Assembly (NCBI RefSeq): GCF_006345805.1
Contig: NC_042998.1
Span: 173,724,001-173,788,000, forward strand
Source of the DNA: Octopus sinensis
Taxonomy: Eukaryota
Direction of reading: 5' to 3'
Length of the DNA stretch: 64,000 nucleotides
The position numbers and the translations under genes were made by a program. Shown piece after piece: positions 24,465-37,494 of this stretch (its first letter is position 1; each line of letters begins with the position of its first letter). Under the pieces are notes generated by a model. That model was not told the origin of the DNA, ran no database searches, and saw nothing but the letters and a program-made list of their open reading frames with translations.

Positions 24465-24960
24465 ACTCTCTTTTACTCTCTTTTACTTGTTTCAGTCATT
24501 TTCACTGCGGCCATGCTGGAGCACCGCCTTTAATCGAGCAACTCGACCCCGGGACTTATTCTTTGTAAGCCCAATACTTATTCTATCGGTCTCTTTTGCC
24601 GAACCGCTAAGTGACGGGGACATAAACACACCAGCATCGGTTGTCAAGCACCATGGGCAAGTGTCTTCTACTATAGCATCGGGCCGACCAAAGCCTTGTG
24701 AGTGGATTTGGTAGACGGAAACTGAAAGAAGTTCGTCGTATATATGTATATATATATGTATGTGCATGTATGTTTGTATTTGTCCCCCTAGCATTGCTTG
24801 ACAACCGATGTTCCCGTCACCTAGCGGTTCGGCAAAAACGACCGATAGAATAAGTACTAGGCTTACAAAGAATAAGTCCCGGTGTCGATTTGTTCGACAA
24901 AAGTTGGTGCTCCAGCATGGCCGCAGTCAAATGACTGAAGAAGTAAAAGAAATAAAAGAA
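24465..24960. mobile_element. Inverted SINE A dimer (- strand 3' half 24465-24649; + strand headless copy 24650-24960)
   Basis: The same SINE A 3' region is present in both orientations, joined at GTCAAGCA|CCATGGGCAAGTG. Confidence 0.85.
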
Positions 24961-25943
24961 AAAGCATGTATGTGTATATGCATGTATACATATATGTATG
25001 TGTACATATATATTATAGTCAATATATAACTTCAATTCATATTAAAAGATGGATATGTAGAGTTTCATTTTGCTACTTTAAGGAAGTATATTTATTCACT
25101 GAAAGAATAAGAAAGCTTCTATGCCGACACTATATTTGCCAAAATTATCAATATGTACTTCAACGTACAGACATCAGTCTTGAAAAAGAAAGGATACACT
25201 GAAAAATGTAGTCCTAAAATTACAAAAAGAAGGGATGATCATGATTTGAATTCTTATCATAATAGGTTTACTTCATCATTATTGAGCTTGAGTTGATAAA
25301 TGATAAGAATAAGGAAAGAACCTTTTAAAAAATAATAATAAGGAAAGAATGTTCGGATAATTGTCTGCGAAACAGGGAAAATTTTTGGCTTGACATGGTT
25401 TAAACAAAAACAACTATCATAGACTGCGGTACCTATACACACATTTCAACACATATTCGTATACAGATATTCAAAATGACATGTTAAGGAAAGAAATGGA
25501 AAATTATTAACCTTCAAATTTTATTTATTACAGTATCATTCCAATCGAATTCTAATCCAATTCGTGTCTCCGCTGGAAAAGTATCCTTTGATGTAATGTG
25601 TATGTGCATTTAGTTGATACAAATTTAGATACATATTCATCCAAGGTAGACATTCCTACGTGGTTTTGTTCAAATCCTACTCATGCATGTGAATGAGTGA
25701 ACTAACGGCTCAGCTATTAGTCCTGCTTAGAGTATATTTTAGGTGAGAGATCACAAAACTTCAGAGCATATGAAGTAGAGTTTGCGTTGAAATATATGGC
25801 AATAGTTTTCGTGTCACTTAATCTTAAGATGTGAACAGGCTGCGTCGTACGTATGCATGAATATACGCATGTATATATTTATGTATGTAAACACTACGAA
25901 GCATTGTTTGTATGATTAACACTTGTCGACAGAAATCTGAAGG

Positions 25944-25998
<55 letters not shown>

Positions 25999-26069
25999 AG
26001 ATACACATACACATATATATACATGTATATGTATATCTATCTATCTATCTATCTACATATATATATATA

Positions 26070-26713
26070 TTCATTATAGATATAGGGTAAAGAATTATTA
26101 ATTTAATAATTAATAATTTTACCGAGTAGATCGTATGGGAAAAAAACCATTATCGGTAAAAACTTATACAAATTTATTTTTTCATATAATTATAAACATA
26201 TTTAAGGGATCAGAAAAAAAGTTGCTTCACCACATACCGCAATTTAGAAATAGCAGTCAAACTACTAATTCTTCAACTACAAAATATCTCCACAGATATA
26301 TTTCGCCAATATATCACGTAGGCAAAAAAGAAGAAAAAATAACGAAACTAACCAGTCCTTAGTTAATTATGTACCCGTTTCGGGATTAGAATGGTGTAAA
26401 ATTCATTTCCTTCGTCAGAATGATATTCTAGACTATAAATCAAAAAATGCTATGTGAAATGCAAGTATTACTATCTGTGGAGATATATTGTAGGAGAAGA
26501 ATTAGTAGTTTGACTGCTATTTCTAAATTTCGGTATGTGGTGAAGCAACTTTTTGGCCGATCCCTTAATTATGTTTATATATATAGAGAGAGTTCTACGT
26601 CTATTTGTGGTGTCCTGTACACACGTATATATATTTATATATGCATGCATATATACATGTAGATGTAGGTATGTACATATATGTTTGTATGTATGCATAT
26701 ATTTTATTTATTA

Positions 26714-26730
<17 letters not shown>
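26070..26730. mobile_element. Probable Penelope-like tail with inverted duplication (arms 26191-26298 / 26472-26580) and a hammerhead core in the spacer
   Basis: Inverted arms seen directly. Minus strand 26372-26418 reads CTGACGAAGGA...TCCCGAAACGGGTA. The end matches 6047-6185. Confidence 0.5.
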
Positions 26731-26758
<28 letters not shown>

Positions 26759-27799
26759 TACAGACATACAGAAAAACTTCCGTCCATTCATCCATCCATC
26801 AATACATACATGCATACATACATACAAACATACATACATACAGAAACATGTATGCATATGTATCTAAATGTATGTGTGTGTATGCATGAATGTATGTATG
26901 TATGTATATATGTATGTATGTATGAATGTATTATTCAGAACATATATTTCTTGCTTATCGCTAGAGCAGATTTTTAATTTTGACTTAATTTCCTGTGAGA
27001 GAGTTTTTTTATCTATATTTTATTGTTTTAGATATTAAATCGCGATGTCTTCGGATTTCATTGTTTTTCCTTTGATATTTTTGGAATGAGAAGATTATAT
27101 ATTATATCATATATAGTATAATAAATTATATAGTACTATATACTTCAGCTTATAATTTCTAATTTTGTTTAGACTCCTTATCGTTTTCTACCTATATTTC
27201 TGAAACAGTCTAATTTTCAAATAACTGTAATTAATCTTTGCGAAATCTATTATCTTTATTCATATAGTTTGGTTATAATCACTGCCATTAGTATATATTT
27301 CTAAATATGCTTTCAGTTAAGTCTTCAAATATTTCTTTCTTTGTTCCTGTAATACACGTATTGTTGATTTTGTTTTAGTTTGTGTTGTTTTAAGTTTCTA
27401 GGACCATTATGCTCATCAATATATTGACTTTACGCTTATGTGTACCAACCAGATTGCTACTATGGCTTCGTTTGTTTATACTGTATTGCTGAAATAGTGG
27501 AGTTTGGTAGGCAGGGATCTGTCAATATATATTTTCAGTTCGCTGCATGAAACATATGTTGCTCTTTCATATTTCTCTTACTTTCGCTTTCATATTTTGA
27601 AAACAATATTTAATGGTAGAACATCAAAGTATTGGTAAATATTTTGACGAGAAACATGATCATTTTTTCCCGATTCTTATACATTTTAGTATTTACTAGT
27701 AACTTTATTCAAGTTACTACATTACTTTATGTTCATTTGCAGTTGTTGCTTTATAATGTTACTTTACCTATTTAGTAACTGTTTTTATCGTTGTACATC

Positions 27800-28200
27800 T
27801 TTTGTTACAGCTGACACTATTTCTCATATCTATTTAATCGGTATTCATCGGTACATTCCCGGCAGTTGGTCTACTTCTGTCTGCTATATTTATTCCATCA
27901 ATCGCAACACATATCTCTCTCAGATTATCTTCTTTGGCAACTTCAATATTCAGTAGTTCTCTTCGTTCAAGCAGACGCCCACAACGACACAGCTACTGGA
28001 CTGATTGAATATTTCGATGTTTTAAACTGTATTCACCAGATAATGCCACGCGTACTTATATTCACGACCGACACACCGCCTTTTCATACAGTGATCTTCG
28101 TTATTATAGCAAATATTTACTCAAAAATAATAGGCACCTCTGCCATCAAATTGTCTAACAATCATGACCATATACTATATATTATTTCACTGCACAGTAA
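27800..28200 (+). mobile_element. Highly decayed LINE APE endonuclease remnant
   Basis: IIFFGNFNIQ (GDFN-like) and SNNHDHI (SDH-like) motifs in broken frames. Confidence 0.35.
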
Positions 28201-28757
28201 CACCTCTAACTACCACATAGTTTAATCTAGCAAATTACACGTGTTATTGCCGGACAAATATTTTCAGAAAATGTGCAACTTTAAATTATAGGAACAAGTC
28301 ATAATAGTCAAACCGGTAGTATATCACTTGCATTTTCAAACGCTACAAGGCTTGAAAATATAAGCTGTTCACGCGCAGCAGTTATACAGACAAAAGATAT
28401 TGCGCAAAATACATTAAAAGGAAATCACTTACTAATATGTTCGCAAGATTGCAATCTTTTGATAAATTTATATATGTAACACTTGCCAGAATAGCAATGA
28501 CGAAGCAAAGTATTATCTTCAGAGCATCAAAATATTATTTCCACGAAAAATTGCTTTGTAATCCCTTTTGCAAGACTCACGTGTCATCTGCAATGGGTGG
28601 CTGATAAAGTATATGACCGTTCTCTTATTTCGTTTTGGGATTTGGTTTGTAAGATTCTTTATATGAGTTCGTGTGTTGAAGCATATTCTGTTGTGTCTGG
28701 GGAGAGTCATTTTCTTTGTGATGGTTTTGCAGCTTTAATATAAAGGTGTATATATAT

Positions 28758-28789
<32 letters not shown>

Positions 28790-28794
28790 ATATA

Positions 28795-28827
<33 letters not shown>

Positions 28828-28830
<3 letters not shown>

Positions 28831-30106
28831 ATTTGGCAACTAAGTTCCTGCTGTCTTTTTAAGTTTGAATTTATTGCAGTTTTAAATTTTAGAATCTAAT
28901 AATTTCGAGAATTCTATTCTTGAATCATTTTGGAATATATTTTGCTTTTGTTTTGTTTTTTTCTAGTTAATCTTAGTTAATTTTTGTTTATTTTCAGATC
29001 ATTAAAATGGAAAGTCAAGTTAAGAAAAGCGGGCATTTTCGACACCTCCTTCTTTTTACTTTTAATCAAGGTTCTAAGGCCGCAAAAGCTGCTCGCGACA
29101 TTTGTGCTGTGTATGGAGCGGCAGCCATATCTGAAAGAACCGCTCGTGATTGGTATGCCAAGCTCAAAAATGGAAATTTTGACCTCCAAGACGCACCTCC
29201 TTCTGGTCGTCCAGTTGAGTTCGATGAAGAGTGATTAAACCAACTTTTGCACGAAAATTCTCGTCAAACGACAAGGGAACTAGCAGAGAAAATGCAATGC
29301 TCCGACACTGCTAGAGAGAAGCATCTTCCCTCGATGGGAAAGGTTCACAAGTATGGAGCATGGTTCTGCATGCTTTTAGTGACAACAACAAAAAATCAAC
29401 GAGCCATAATCTCCGCTGGTTTGCTTGCTCGTCACCGCTCAACTCATGGACACAGGCAACGATTTCTTTACTGAATCGTCACGGGCAACGAAAAACGGTG
29501 CCTGTACATCAATATGATGCAGCGTAAGGAATGCCTTAGCCCCGGTAAACCAGCGACACCGCGTGTGAAACGTTGTTGTGCGTATGGTGGGACTGGGAAG
29601 GGATTATCCATTATGAATTGCTTGAATGGAACCAAACGGTCAACGTGGAACTTTATGTACAACAGATGGAACGACTCAACACAGCTATTCAAGAGAAAAG
29701 ACCTAATCAGTAGCATGAAGTTCTCTGCTGCACGACAACGCCCGCCCTCATATCGCCAATATGCCAAGGAAGCCATTCGAACGCATGGCTGGGAAGTGCT
29801 GCCACACCCGCCGTACTCTCCTGATTTGGCGACAACGGATTTCCACCTCTTTCGATCTCTTTCAAATGTTATGCGCGGAGTTTCGTTCGATACTGATGCA
29901 GAAATGAGAGCTTGGTTGGATCAATTTTTCGAGTCGAAATCGGGTGATTTCTACCAACGAGGTATTGAAAATGTTGTTGAATGTTGGGAAGAAGTTGTAA
30001 ACAACAAGGGTGAATACATTATTGATTAATTAATTGTTATTTTTTAATTAAACCTTTTAAAAAATATGAATTTTAAAAAAGGGTGGACAACTTAGTTGCC
30101 ACCCAA
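28828..30106 (+). mobile_element. Mariner (DD34D) element, full length, transposase pseudogene 29007-30029
   Basis: TIRs TTGATTTGGCAACTAAGTT / AACTTAGTTGCCACCCAA at a TA site; motifs SGRP, VTGNEK, HDNARPH-like and HPPYSPDLATTDFHLF; stops and frameshifts. Confidence 0.92.
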
Positions 30107-30946
30107 TGTATAAAGATAAAACTTCGTTCTGCATTCGTTTAACAAACATTTTGTTTCAGCTTTTCTATAACTACTAAACAATCCTCCTATACTTCTACTC
30201 TACATTCAATTAAGTCCATCTGCACTCTTCCTTTTTTTGCTCTATATGTTTCTCATACTTTAAATTTATTTTTAGAATTCTTCAAATGCTCTGGAGTTCC
30301 CGACTATATTGTTTAGCAACAGATGTGCTCCCACTTTATTCCCACAGTGTCGACCTAGAGAAGTTCAAACATAGCATCAACTACTGCGATCTCACCATCC
30401 TATAAATTATCACCTTTCTAATTAATGAAATATACTTTACACATTTTCTTTGATCGAGAAGGTTACTTAATACATGTGTATAGAAGGGCAAGTTTGTTTA
30501 GTGCAAGCAGACAAAGATCTTAAAGATGATTGTTTTGTTTGCTATTGTCAAAAGGAAATCGAAGAGAGTAAGAAATTGCCCTGTGTTGAAATTCAATGAA
30601 AGCATCTGCACAGAAGTATAGAACACATATATTAAGGATGAGTAACGTGTATACATGCATTCATTCATACACACACACTCACATACACTCTCATATGCAC
30701 ACATATACATATACAGATATAGATATGTATATATGTATAATGTAAAGGTGTGATACGCTATTTTTGTAAATATGTATATATACTGTAAGTTACGGGGACG
30801 TAAACATACCAACATCGGTTGTCAAGCGATGTTGTGAGACAGACACAGATAAAAGCACACAGATACATATTCATATATATATGTAAATGCACACGATCTC
30901 AGAGCAGGTTACTTGCTATGCAGGTACATCATAATATATATATATA

Positions 30947-30984
<38 letters not shown>

Positions 30985-31004
30985 GTTAGTTAGTTAGTTA
31001 TATA

Positions 31005-31210
31005 TGGAGAATTCACGAAAAAAACAATAGATGAAGACAGGTGATGTCGAAAACAAACAGATGTATTAGTATAACGCTCGGGTATTGAAAAAGTATTTTA
31101 CGTTTCGAGCCTACGCCCTTCCACAGAAAGGAACACAGAAAGTAACAGGAGAGAAACAAGGAAGAAAAAAATAAATGTGTGTAGTGGCTACCGATCTATC
31201 ATGGCGATAT
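31005..31210 (-). mobile_element. Short Penelope-tail/retrozyme-like repeat (second copy at 58305-58497, + strand)
   Basis: The two copies share GCCACTACAC...G.GC[GTAG/ACAG].CTCGAAACGT.AA...CCCGAGCGTTATACTAATACATCTGTTTGTT. The hammerhead-like core lacks canonical CUGANGA. Confidence 0.55.
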
Positions 31211-31240
31211 ATTTATATAATAAATATATATAATATATAG

Positions 31241-31286
<46 letters not shown>

Positions 31287-31461
31287 ATATATATATATAT
31301 ACATACTTTCTTTAAAAAACCCGCAAAGATATCACGAAAACAGTTACTCAGAGTTTCACGTTCATGTCCGTGATATTTTTGTTGCTTTTGAAATAAAGCA
31401 TATTATTGTACCTCCGGTATTCGAGTACTATTTTTCCCCTTGTTTGGCATGTGCTTACTCT

Positions 31462-31512
<51 letters not shown>

Positions 31513-31782
31513 ACGGCCTTTTTTTCAGTTTTCGTCTACCAAATCCACTCACAAGGCTTTGGTCGGCCCGAAGCTATAGTGGAAATCACTTGCTCACGCA
31601 CACATAAATATATATGCATACACACTCACGCACCCATATACTCACGCTCAAACACACACATACATACAGACATATGTATATATAGTAAAATTTCTTTGTG
31701 TATGGTATAGGAAGTAATTTGAAGTGCTCAAAAGTCCGAGACGGCCGTAAGAGTATCACCACCAAACATTACTTTTTCTCTT

Positions 31783-32110
31783 GGATTATACCTCCGTAAT
31801 TACCAGTCGTTTGGTTTCTTTGTTTGTTTGTTTGTCTGTGGACAAGATATCGCAAGAACCGCTGGAGGGATTCGGATAAAATTTTCAGGGATGTTTGGCC
31901 ACGTGACTGGCACGAACTAATTAGATTTTGGGATCGATTCGATACCGGACAAGGATTCTGGATTATTTACTTAATTTTTGAGAGAACGGTCGGGTTCATT
32001 TTTAGTATTCTCGTTTGTGAGAGCAGTCGAGTTTATTTCAGATATTCTCATTTTAAAAATCATCTCCGGTTAATCGTTGAGAGGACGCTGGTGTTGCGTT
32101 AGCTCTTGTT
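31783..32110 (+). mobile_element. Helentron-associated (DINE-1/HINE-like) non-autonomous element
   Basis: TTATACCTCCG start, (TTTG)n-TCTGT microsatellite, then GGATTCGGATAAAATTTTCAGG...ATTAGATTTTGG, as typical of HINEs. Confidence 0.5.
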
Positions 32111-32489
32111 TACTTATGTTTTTTGAAAAATCCAATTCCAATTACAATGCAACGATTTTTCTCTATTCGCTCTTTTCGTAAAAATTTCGTAAAAATTTTT
32201 TGCAAGGGCATATTTATTCTTAACATATACATACATACATACATACATATACATACATACATGCATGCATATATATATATATATATATTATATTAAATTA
32301 GAGACAAAACCATTATTAGGCAAATCAAACAATGAAAGACTTAAGCCAATACATAAATTTTGTCTCTAATTTAATATAATATAATATTTTACTATAAAAT
32401 TGCATTCATTCCTAAATCTGATTTTTCCCTGCAAGTTTGGATTTATTCCCTAATATTTATTATTATATATATATATATATATAGTTAAT

Positions 32490-32680
32490 CCAAACATGAA
32501 AACACAAAGAGAAAACACAACAACGCGAGGACGTGGAACAAATATAGTATTATTGGACGCTCAGGAAGAAAGGGAAGAAGGAGGGTGTAACGTTTCGAGC
32601 GGAGCTCTTCGTCAGAAACATAGGAAAGGGAAAGATCTAGAGAAGAGAAGACGGAGTAAAAAAATCGCCCACGGTACATA
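32490..32680 (-). mobile_element. Penelope-like tail with minimal type I hammerhead core (32588-32615)
   Basis: Minus strand reads CTGACGA-A-GAGC-TCC-GCTC-GAAAC-GTT. Confidence 0.6.
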
Positions 32681-32993
32681 CGCGGTCACAACACACACAC
32701 ACACATACATATTATCTGAGATGTATAGTATTAAATATCCATCGCGGCTGCATTTACCAATCGGTTTCGCGTAGAGAATACAATAGAGTGCTAGGTAAGA
32801 AACCGATTATATAACTTTACGCTCATCCGTTTGTTACTTAACACTCCATTGTATTCTTTACGCAAAACTGATTGGTTAAACCAGCCGTGATGGATATTCA
32901 ATACTATACCTTTCCGATTATATACCCACACTACTGATAGATATAGGAGTGCATTCATTCATTGACTTATGGTCTCTTAGACGATACACGCAC

Positions 32994-33030
<37 letters not shown>

Positions 33031-33433
33031 GGCGCAGGAGTAGCTGTGTGGTAAGTAGCTTGCTAACCAACCACATGGTTCCTGGTTCAGTCCCACTGCG
33101 TGGCATCTTGGGCAAGTGTCTTCTGCTATAGCCCTGGGCCGACCAATGCCTTGTGAGTGGATTTGGTAGACGGAAACTGAAAGAAGCCTGTCGTATATAT
33201 GTATATATATATGTGTGTATGTGTGTGTGATTGTCCCCCTAGCATTGCTTGACAACCGATGCTGGTGTGTTTACGTCTCCGTACCACTTAGCGGTTCGGC
33301 AAAAGAGACCGATAGAATAAGTACTGGGCTTACAAAGAATAAGTCCCGGCGTCGATTTGCTCGACTAAAGGCGGTGCTCCAGCATGGCCGCAGTCAAATG
33401 ACTGAAACAAGTAAAAGAGTAAAAGAGTAAAAG
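33031..33433 (+). mobile_element. SINE A (full length, uninterrupted)
   Basis: Matches the 10761 copy and shows the empty target site GGTAAGTAGCTTGCTAACC. Confidence 0.9.
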
Positions 33434-33464
33434 ATAGTAATATATATATATATATATATATATA

Positions 33465-33774
33465 TCACCGTGATCTCCGTGACCGACCAGGCTATCAGAT
33501 GTTGCTACACATCGCTGGTCACAATGCGCTTCGCATTGTTTTAGCCTTCAAATGACGCCACCCCACTGGCTAAGCGAGCAAGCCAACAGAAGAAAGAGTG
33601 AGAGAAAGTTGTGTCGAAAGAGTACAGCAGGTATCGCACCACCCCCTGCCAACGCCTCGTGGAGGTTTAGGTGTTTTTGCTCAATAAACACTCACAACGC
33701 CCGGCCTGGGAATCGAAAGCGCGATCCTACAACCGCAAGTCCGCTGCCCTAACCACTGGGCCATTGCACCTCAC
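33465..33774 (-). mobile_element. tRNA-derived SINE, type E (head and body like D, different tail); 3' fragment also at 37685-37790
   Basis: A box TGGCCCAGTGG; shared with D up to CACAACTTTCTCTC.CTCTTT, then diverges. Confidence 0.8.
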
Positions 33775-34089
33775 ACACACACACACAACATATATATGTA
33801 TGTGTGTGTGTATGTATGTATTTATGTATGTATATTTGTATGTATACATCGTAAGTTTTAAAAGTTAAACAGAAGCACGAGAAAGGAACAACAGAAAATT
33901 CACACACAAGACATACGAACGTGCTCTTTCCTCGTCAGTTATCGCGCAAAAAATCATTACAATTTCACACCAACTTTAACGATAATATGGTTCACCTTTG
34001 GTGGAGTCACTAACAAAAAGCAGCTGGGAACAGCGTGCGAACTTTGAGGAAGGTGACGAAAACTAACACGACACATAAATATGAATATA

Positions 34090-34416
34090 AAGGAGCACTC
34101 CGTCGGTTACGACGACGAGGGTCACAGCTGATACGATCAACAGAACAGCCTGCTCGTGAAATTAATGTGCAAGTGGCTGAGTACTCCACAGACACGTGTA
34201 CCCTTAACGTAGTTCTCAGGGAGATTCAGCGTGACACATAGTGTGACAAGGCCGGCCCTTTGAAATACAGGTACAACTCATTTTTGCCAGCTGAGTGGAC
34301 TGGAGCAACATGAAATAAAGTGTCTTGCTCAAGGACACAACGCGTCGCTTGGAATCGAACTCACGACCTTACAATCGTGAGCCGAATGCCCTAATAACTA
34401 AGCCACGCGCCTTCAC
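34090..34416 (-). mobile_element. tRNA-derived SINE, type C (V-SINE-like central motif)
   Basis: TGGCTTAGT A box, GAGTTCGATTCC B box, GTGTCCTTGAGCAAGACACTTT; 13-bp TSD AAATATGAATATA at 34077-34089 and 34417-34429. Confidence 0.85.
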
Positions 34417-35408
34417 AAATATGAATATACTAACTAAGGAAATATACAATAAACAAACAGGATAAATACCATGCAGCTCTGAGACAAGATATACGTAAAA
34501 GTGACGCAATCGGGAATGCTCTGTCGGATTGGAAGTGGATAGTGGACTGATGGTAATATAGAATGGGAGATGAAAATAAAGAACGGGGAAACAATGCAAA
34601 CCTTGTTGAAAGTATAGAATGAAGAGTGTCAGGGAGTTTCAGCGGTTAGGCGAAAAAGGAAGTTGGAAAGAGACATGTGTGTGGTCACAGGTCATATGGT
34701 ACTGAGAGGGGGGGAGAGAAAAAGTAATGGATGGGGGATGTAGAGAGACAGAAAGAAGGAGAAATAGGAAGAGAAACGAGAAAGAAAAAGGCAGTAAGCG
34801 AAGTCACACACAAAAAAAAAACGAGCAGAATATTTGTGTATTTATATGTGTATGTATGTATGTATGTATGTATGTATGTGCGTATATGCGTTCAAGTATT
34901 TTTATAGAGAAAGAAATCAAGTATCGTTGACTATTTCGTGCCGATCAGAAATTAGAGAAAAAGCGAATAAATTGTTATTCACATTTAATTATTAAATTCA
35001 GTGAATACGCATAAAATAAGAGACAGTCGACTAGAAGGCCAAATCCTCTGTTTATTCCACATGACAGTTTCTTAACTGCTTCAATATATGTAATTCTTAT
35101 GTGAAAACACTTACAATTATCCAGGAGTTCTTAATATAAAATTGATTACTGGCATTTTCCTAAATTCATACATTTATAAAGGTATTTTGTATAAAGTTCA
35201 TAGTAGATGAAGATAGTAGATACATTGTGTAAAGTTCATACTTTATACAGCGAGAAATAGTACTTTCATGTTACAAACTTTGTAATTTTTTTTGTATTGA
35301 TACATACGCGTGCATATGCACACACATATTTATGTGTGTGTGACTGTTTCTGTGTCTATACTGAGAAATATTGGCATACACACACATACACACACGCACA
35401 CACACGTG

Positions 35409-35447
<39 letters not shown>

Positions 35448-35679
35448 AGAGGAAGGATCTGATATCCACACATATCCCTAATTTCTCTGTGTAAAATGTC
35501 AGGACTGTCTGATAGTACACTTTTTGATAATCTTCCCTTAGCTCCTAAATGGCATATATATATATATATACATACATATATATATGTGCGTGTGTGTGTG
35601 TATAGATATATACATACATACACATATATACATACATTCATATAATTCTTTTAACAATAGGCACAACGCCAGCAATTAC

Positions 35680-36500
35680 GAAGGCGGGGTGGGGCAAGTT
35701 TATTGCAGTGACCCCCGTACTTGACTGGTTCTTATTCAATCGACTCCATAGGATGAAAGGCAAAGATGACAACAGTGGCATTTGAGTTCAAAGCGTAATT
35801 CTTGAAGAGACGCGGCTGAGCATTTTTTTCCGGAGCAGTAAGGATTCTGCCAATTCGCTACCTTTATACATACATGTTCAATATCAATAGTAACTAAGGC
35901 GGCAGAAACATTAGCACGCCGGGCGAAATTTTTAATGATAATCCGTCTGCCGCTACGTTATGAGTTCAAATTCCGCCGAGGTCGACTTTGCCTTTCATCA
36001 TTTCGGGGTCGATAAATTAAGTACCAGTTACGCACTGGGGTCGATGTAATCGACTTAATCTGTTTGTCTGTCCTTGTTTCTTCTCTCTGTGTTTAGCCCC
36101 TTGTGGGTAGTAAAGAAATAGATATTTCGTCTGCCGCTACATTATGAGTTAAAATTCCGCCAAGGTCGACTTTGCTTTTCATCATCTCGATTAAATAAGT
36201 ACCAGGTACGCACTGGGGTCGATATAATCGACTCAATCCGTTTGTCTATCCTTGTTTGTCCTCTCTCTTTGTAGCCCGTTGTGGGCAGTAAAGAAATAAG
36301 AAACGTTAGCATGCCGGGTAAAATGCTTAGCGGTATTTCGTCTGTCTTTAAGTTCTGAGTTCAAATTCGCCGACGTCGACTTTGCCTTTCATTCTTTCGG
36401 GGTCAATAAATTAAGTACCAGTTGCGTACTGGGGTCGACCTAATCGACTTCCCCCTTCCCCAAAATTCCGGGCCTTGTGTCTAGAGTAGAAAAGAATATT
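35680..36500. mobile_element. SINE B cluster: one - strand copy (35680-35870) and a + strand head-to-tail trimer (35896-36500)
   Basis: Three successive GAGTT.AAATTC.CC..GTCGACTTTGC cores. Confidence 0.85.
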
Positions 36501-36597
36501 AGTAGTAACTGGTTACTTGGAAGTTTCATCTTAAAGCTAATTTCTTTCTGTCCTTCTCTCTTCAAATGATGTAAATATGTATGTGTGTATGTTTGTC

Positions 36598-36662
<65 letters not shown>

Positions 36663-36664
<2 letters not shown>

Positions 36665-36775
36665 CCGCTCAGTCGAAGTCGACTCTCGGTCACTCGTTGG
36701 ATCAGTATCCTCCAGTCAGTTCTATCCTGGGCCGCTTCTTTCAGATTGGCTATGTCCATTCCGGTATCACTCTTA
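36663..36775 (-). mobile_element. RTE-type LINE 3' end in a (TA)n array
   Basis: [35 protein letters not shown] matches the RTE C-terminal AQDR..WR motif. Confidence 0.7.
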
Positions 36776-36778
36776 TAT

Positions 36779-36835
<57 letters not shown>

Positions 36836-37494
36836 ACACTCGTTAGAAAAGTAGCTAAGAGATGTTTTGACTCTTATTTCTAGCACCCTCCATCACTTTA
36901 GTGAAGAGTACATTTGTTGCCTTTCGGTGCTAAATTGTGAATAGCCACCTTAATGAATTTCTGATTCTCGCTTCAGCATTTTCGAAATCAATTAATGTTT
37001 CCTACGGTTTTCCCTATAAGAGAAAACCTCGGCGACGTAGTAAGGGGTCTCTTATAAAGGTTAATTACGTCATAGCAAAATATACTTTGCAGAACTATGC
37101 ACGAAGCGTCCGCATGAGATTGAACATGATGAATTGCGGACATTGGCGTACGCATTACGTAAGTGGTAACCATGAAACCGGGTTTGAGATTAATCTTTAT
37201 ATTTTGTATCTTTTCATTTGTCTTGCTCGCTTACGTTCTGACGTTTGCTGAATTTTCTTGAGAACAATCTTTTTTAGTGGTCAGACCATATGGATTCTAG
37301 CTCTAGCATAATGGATGACCACTTAGTGGTCATCTCTCTCTTAAATGTATATATATATATATATATATGATATAGTGTTAAGGGTCGCTAATTCGCAATT
37401 TTACAACCTAAAGACAGAAATGTTTACGTCACTAAAGTGACAAAGGGCAGTAAGCAGCCCCAGTATATAAATTGCATTGCTATATATATATATA

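Noticed and set aside
30130-30430. Possible L2/Crack LINE 3' end (DLEKFKHSIN)
   Set aside because: Only one short motif; too decayed to annotate.
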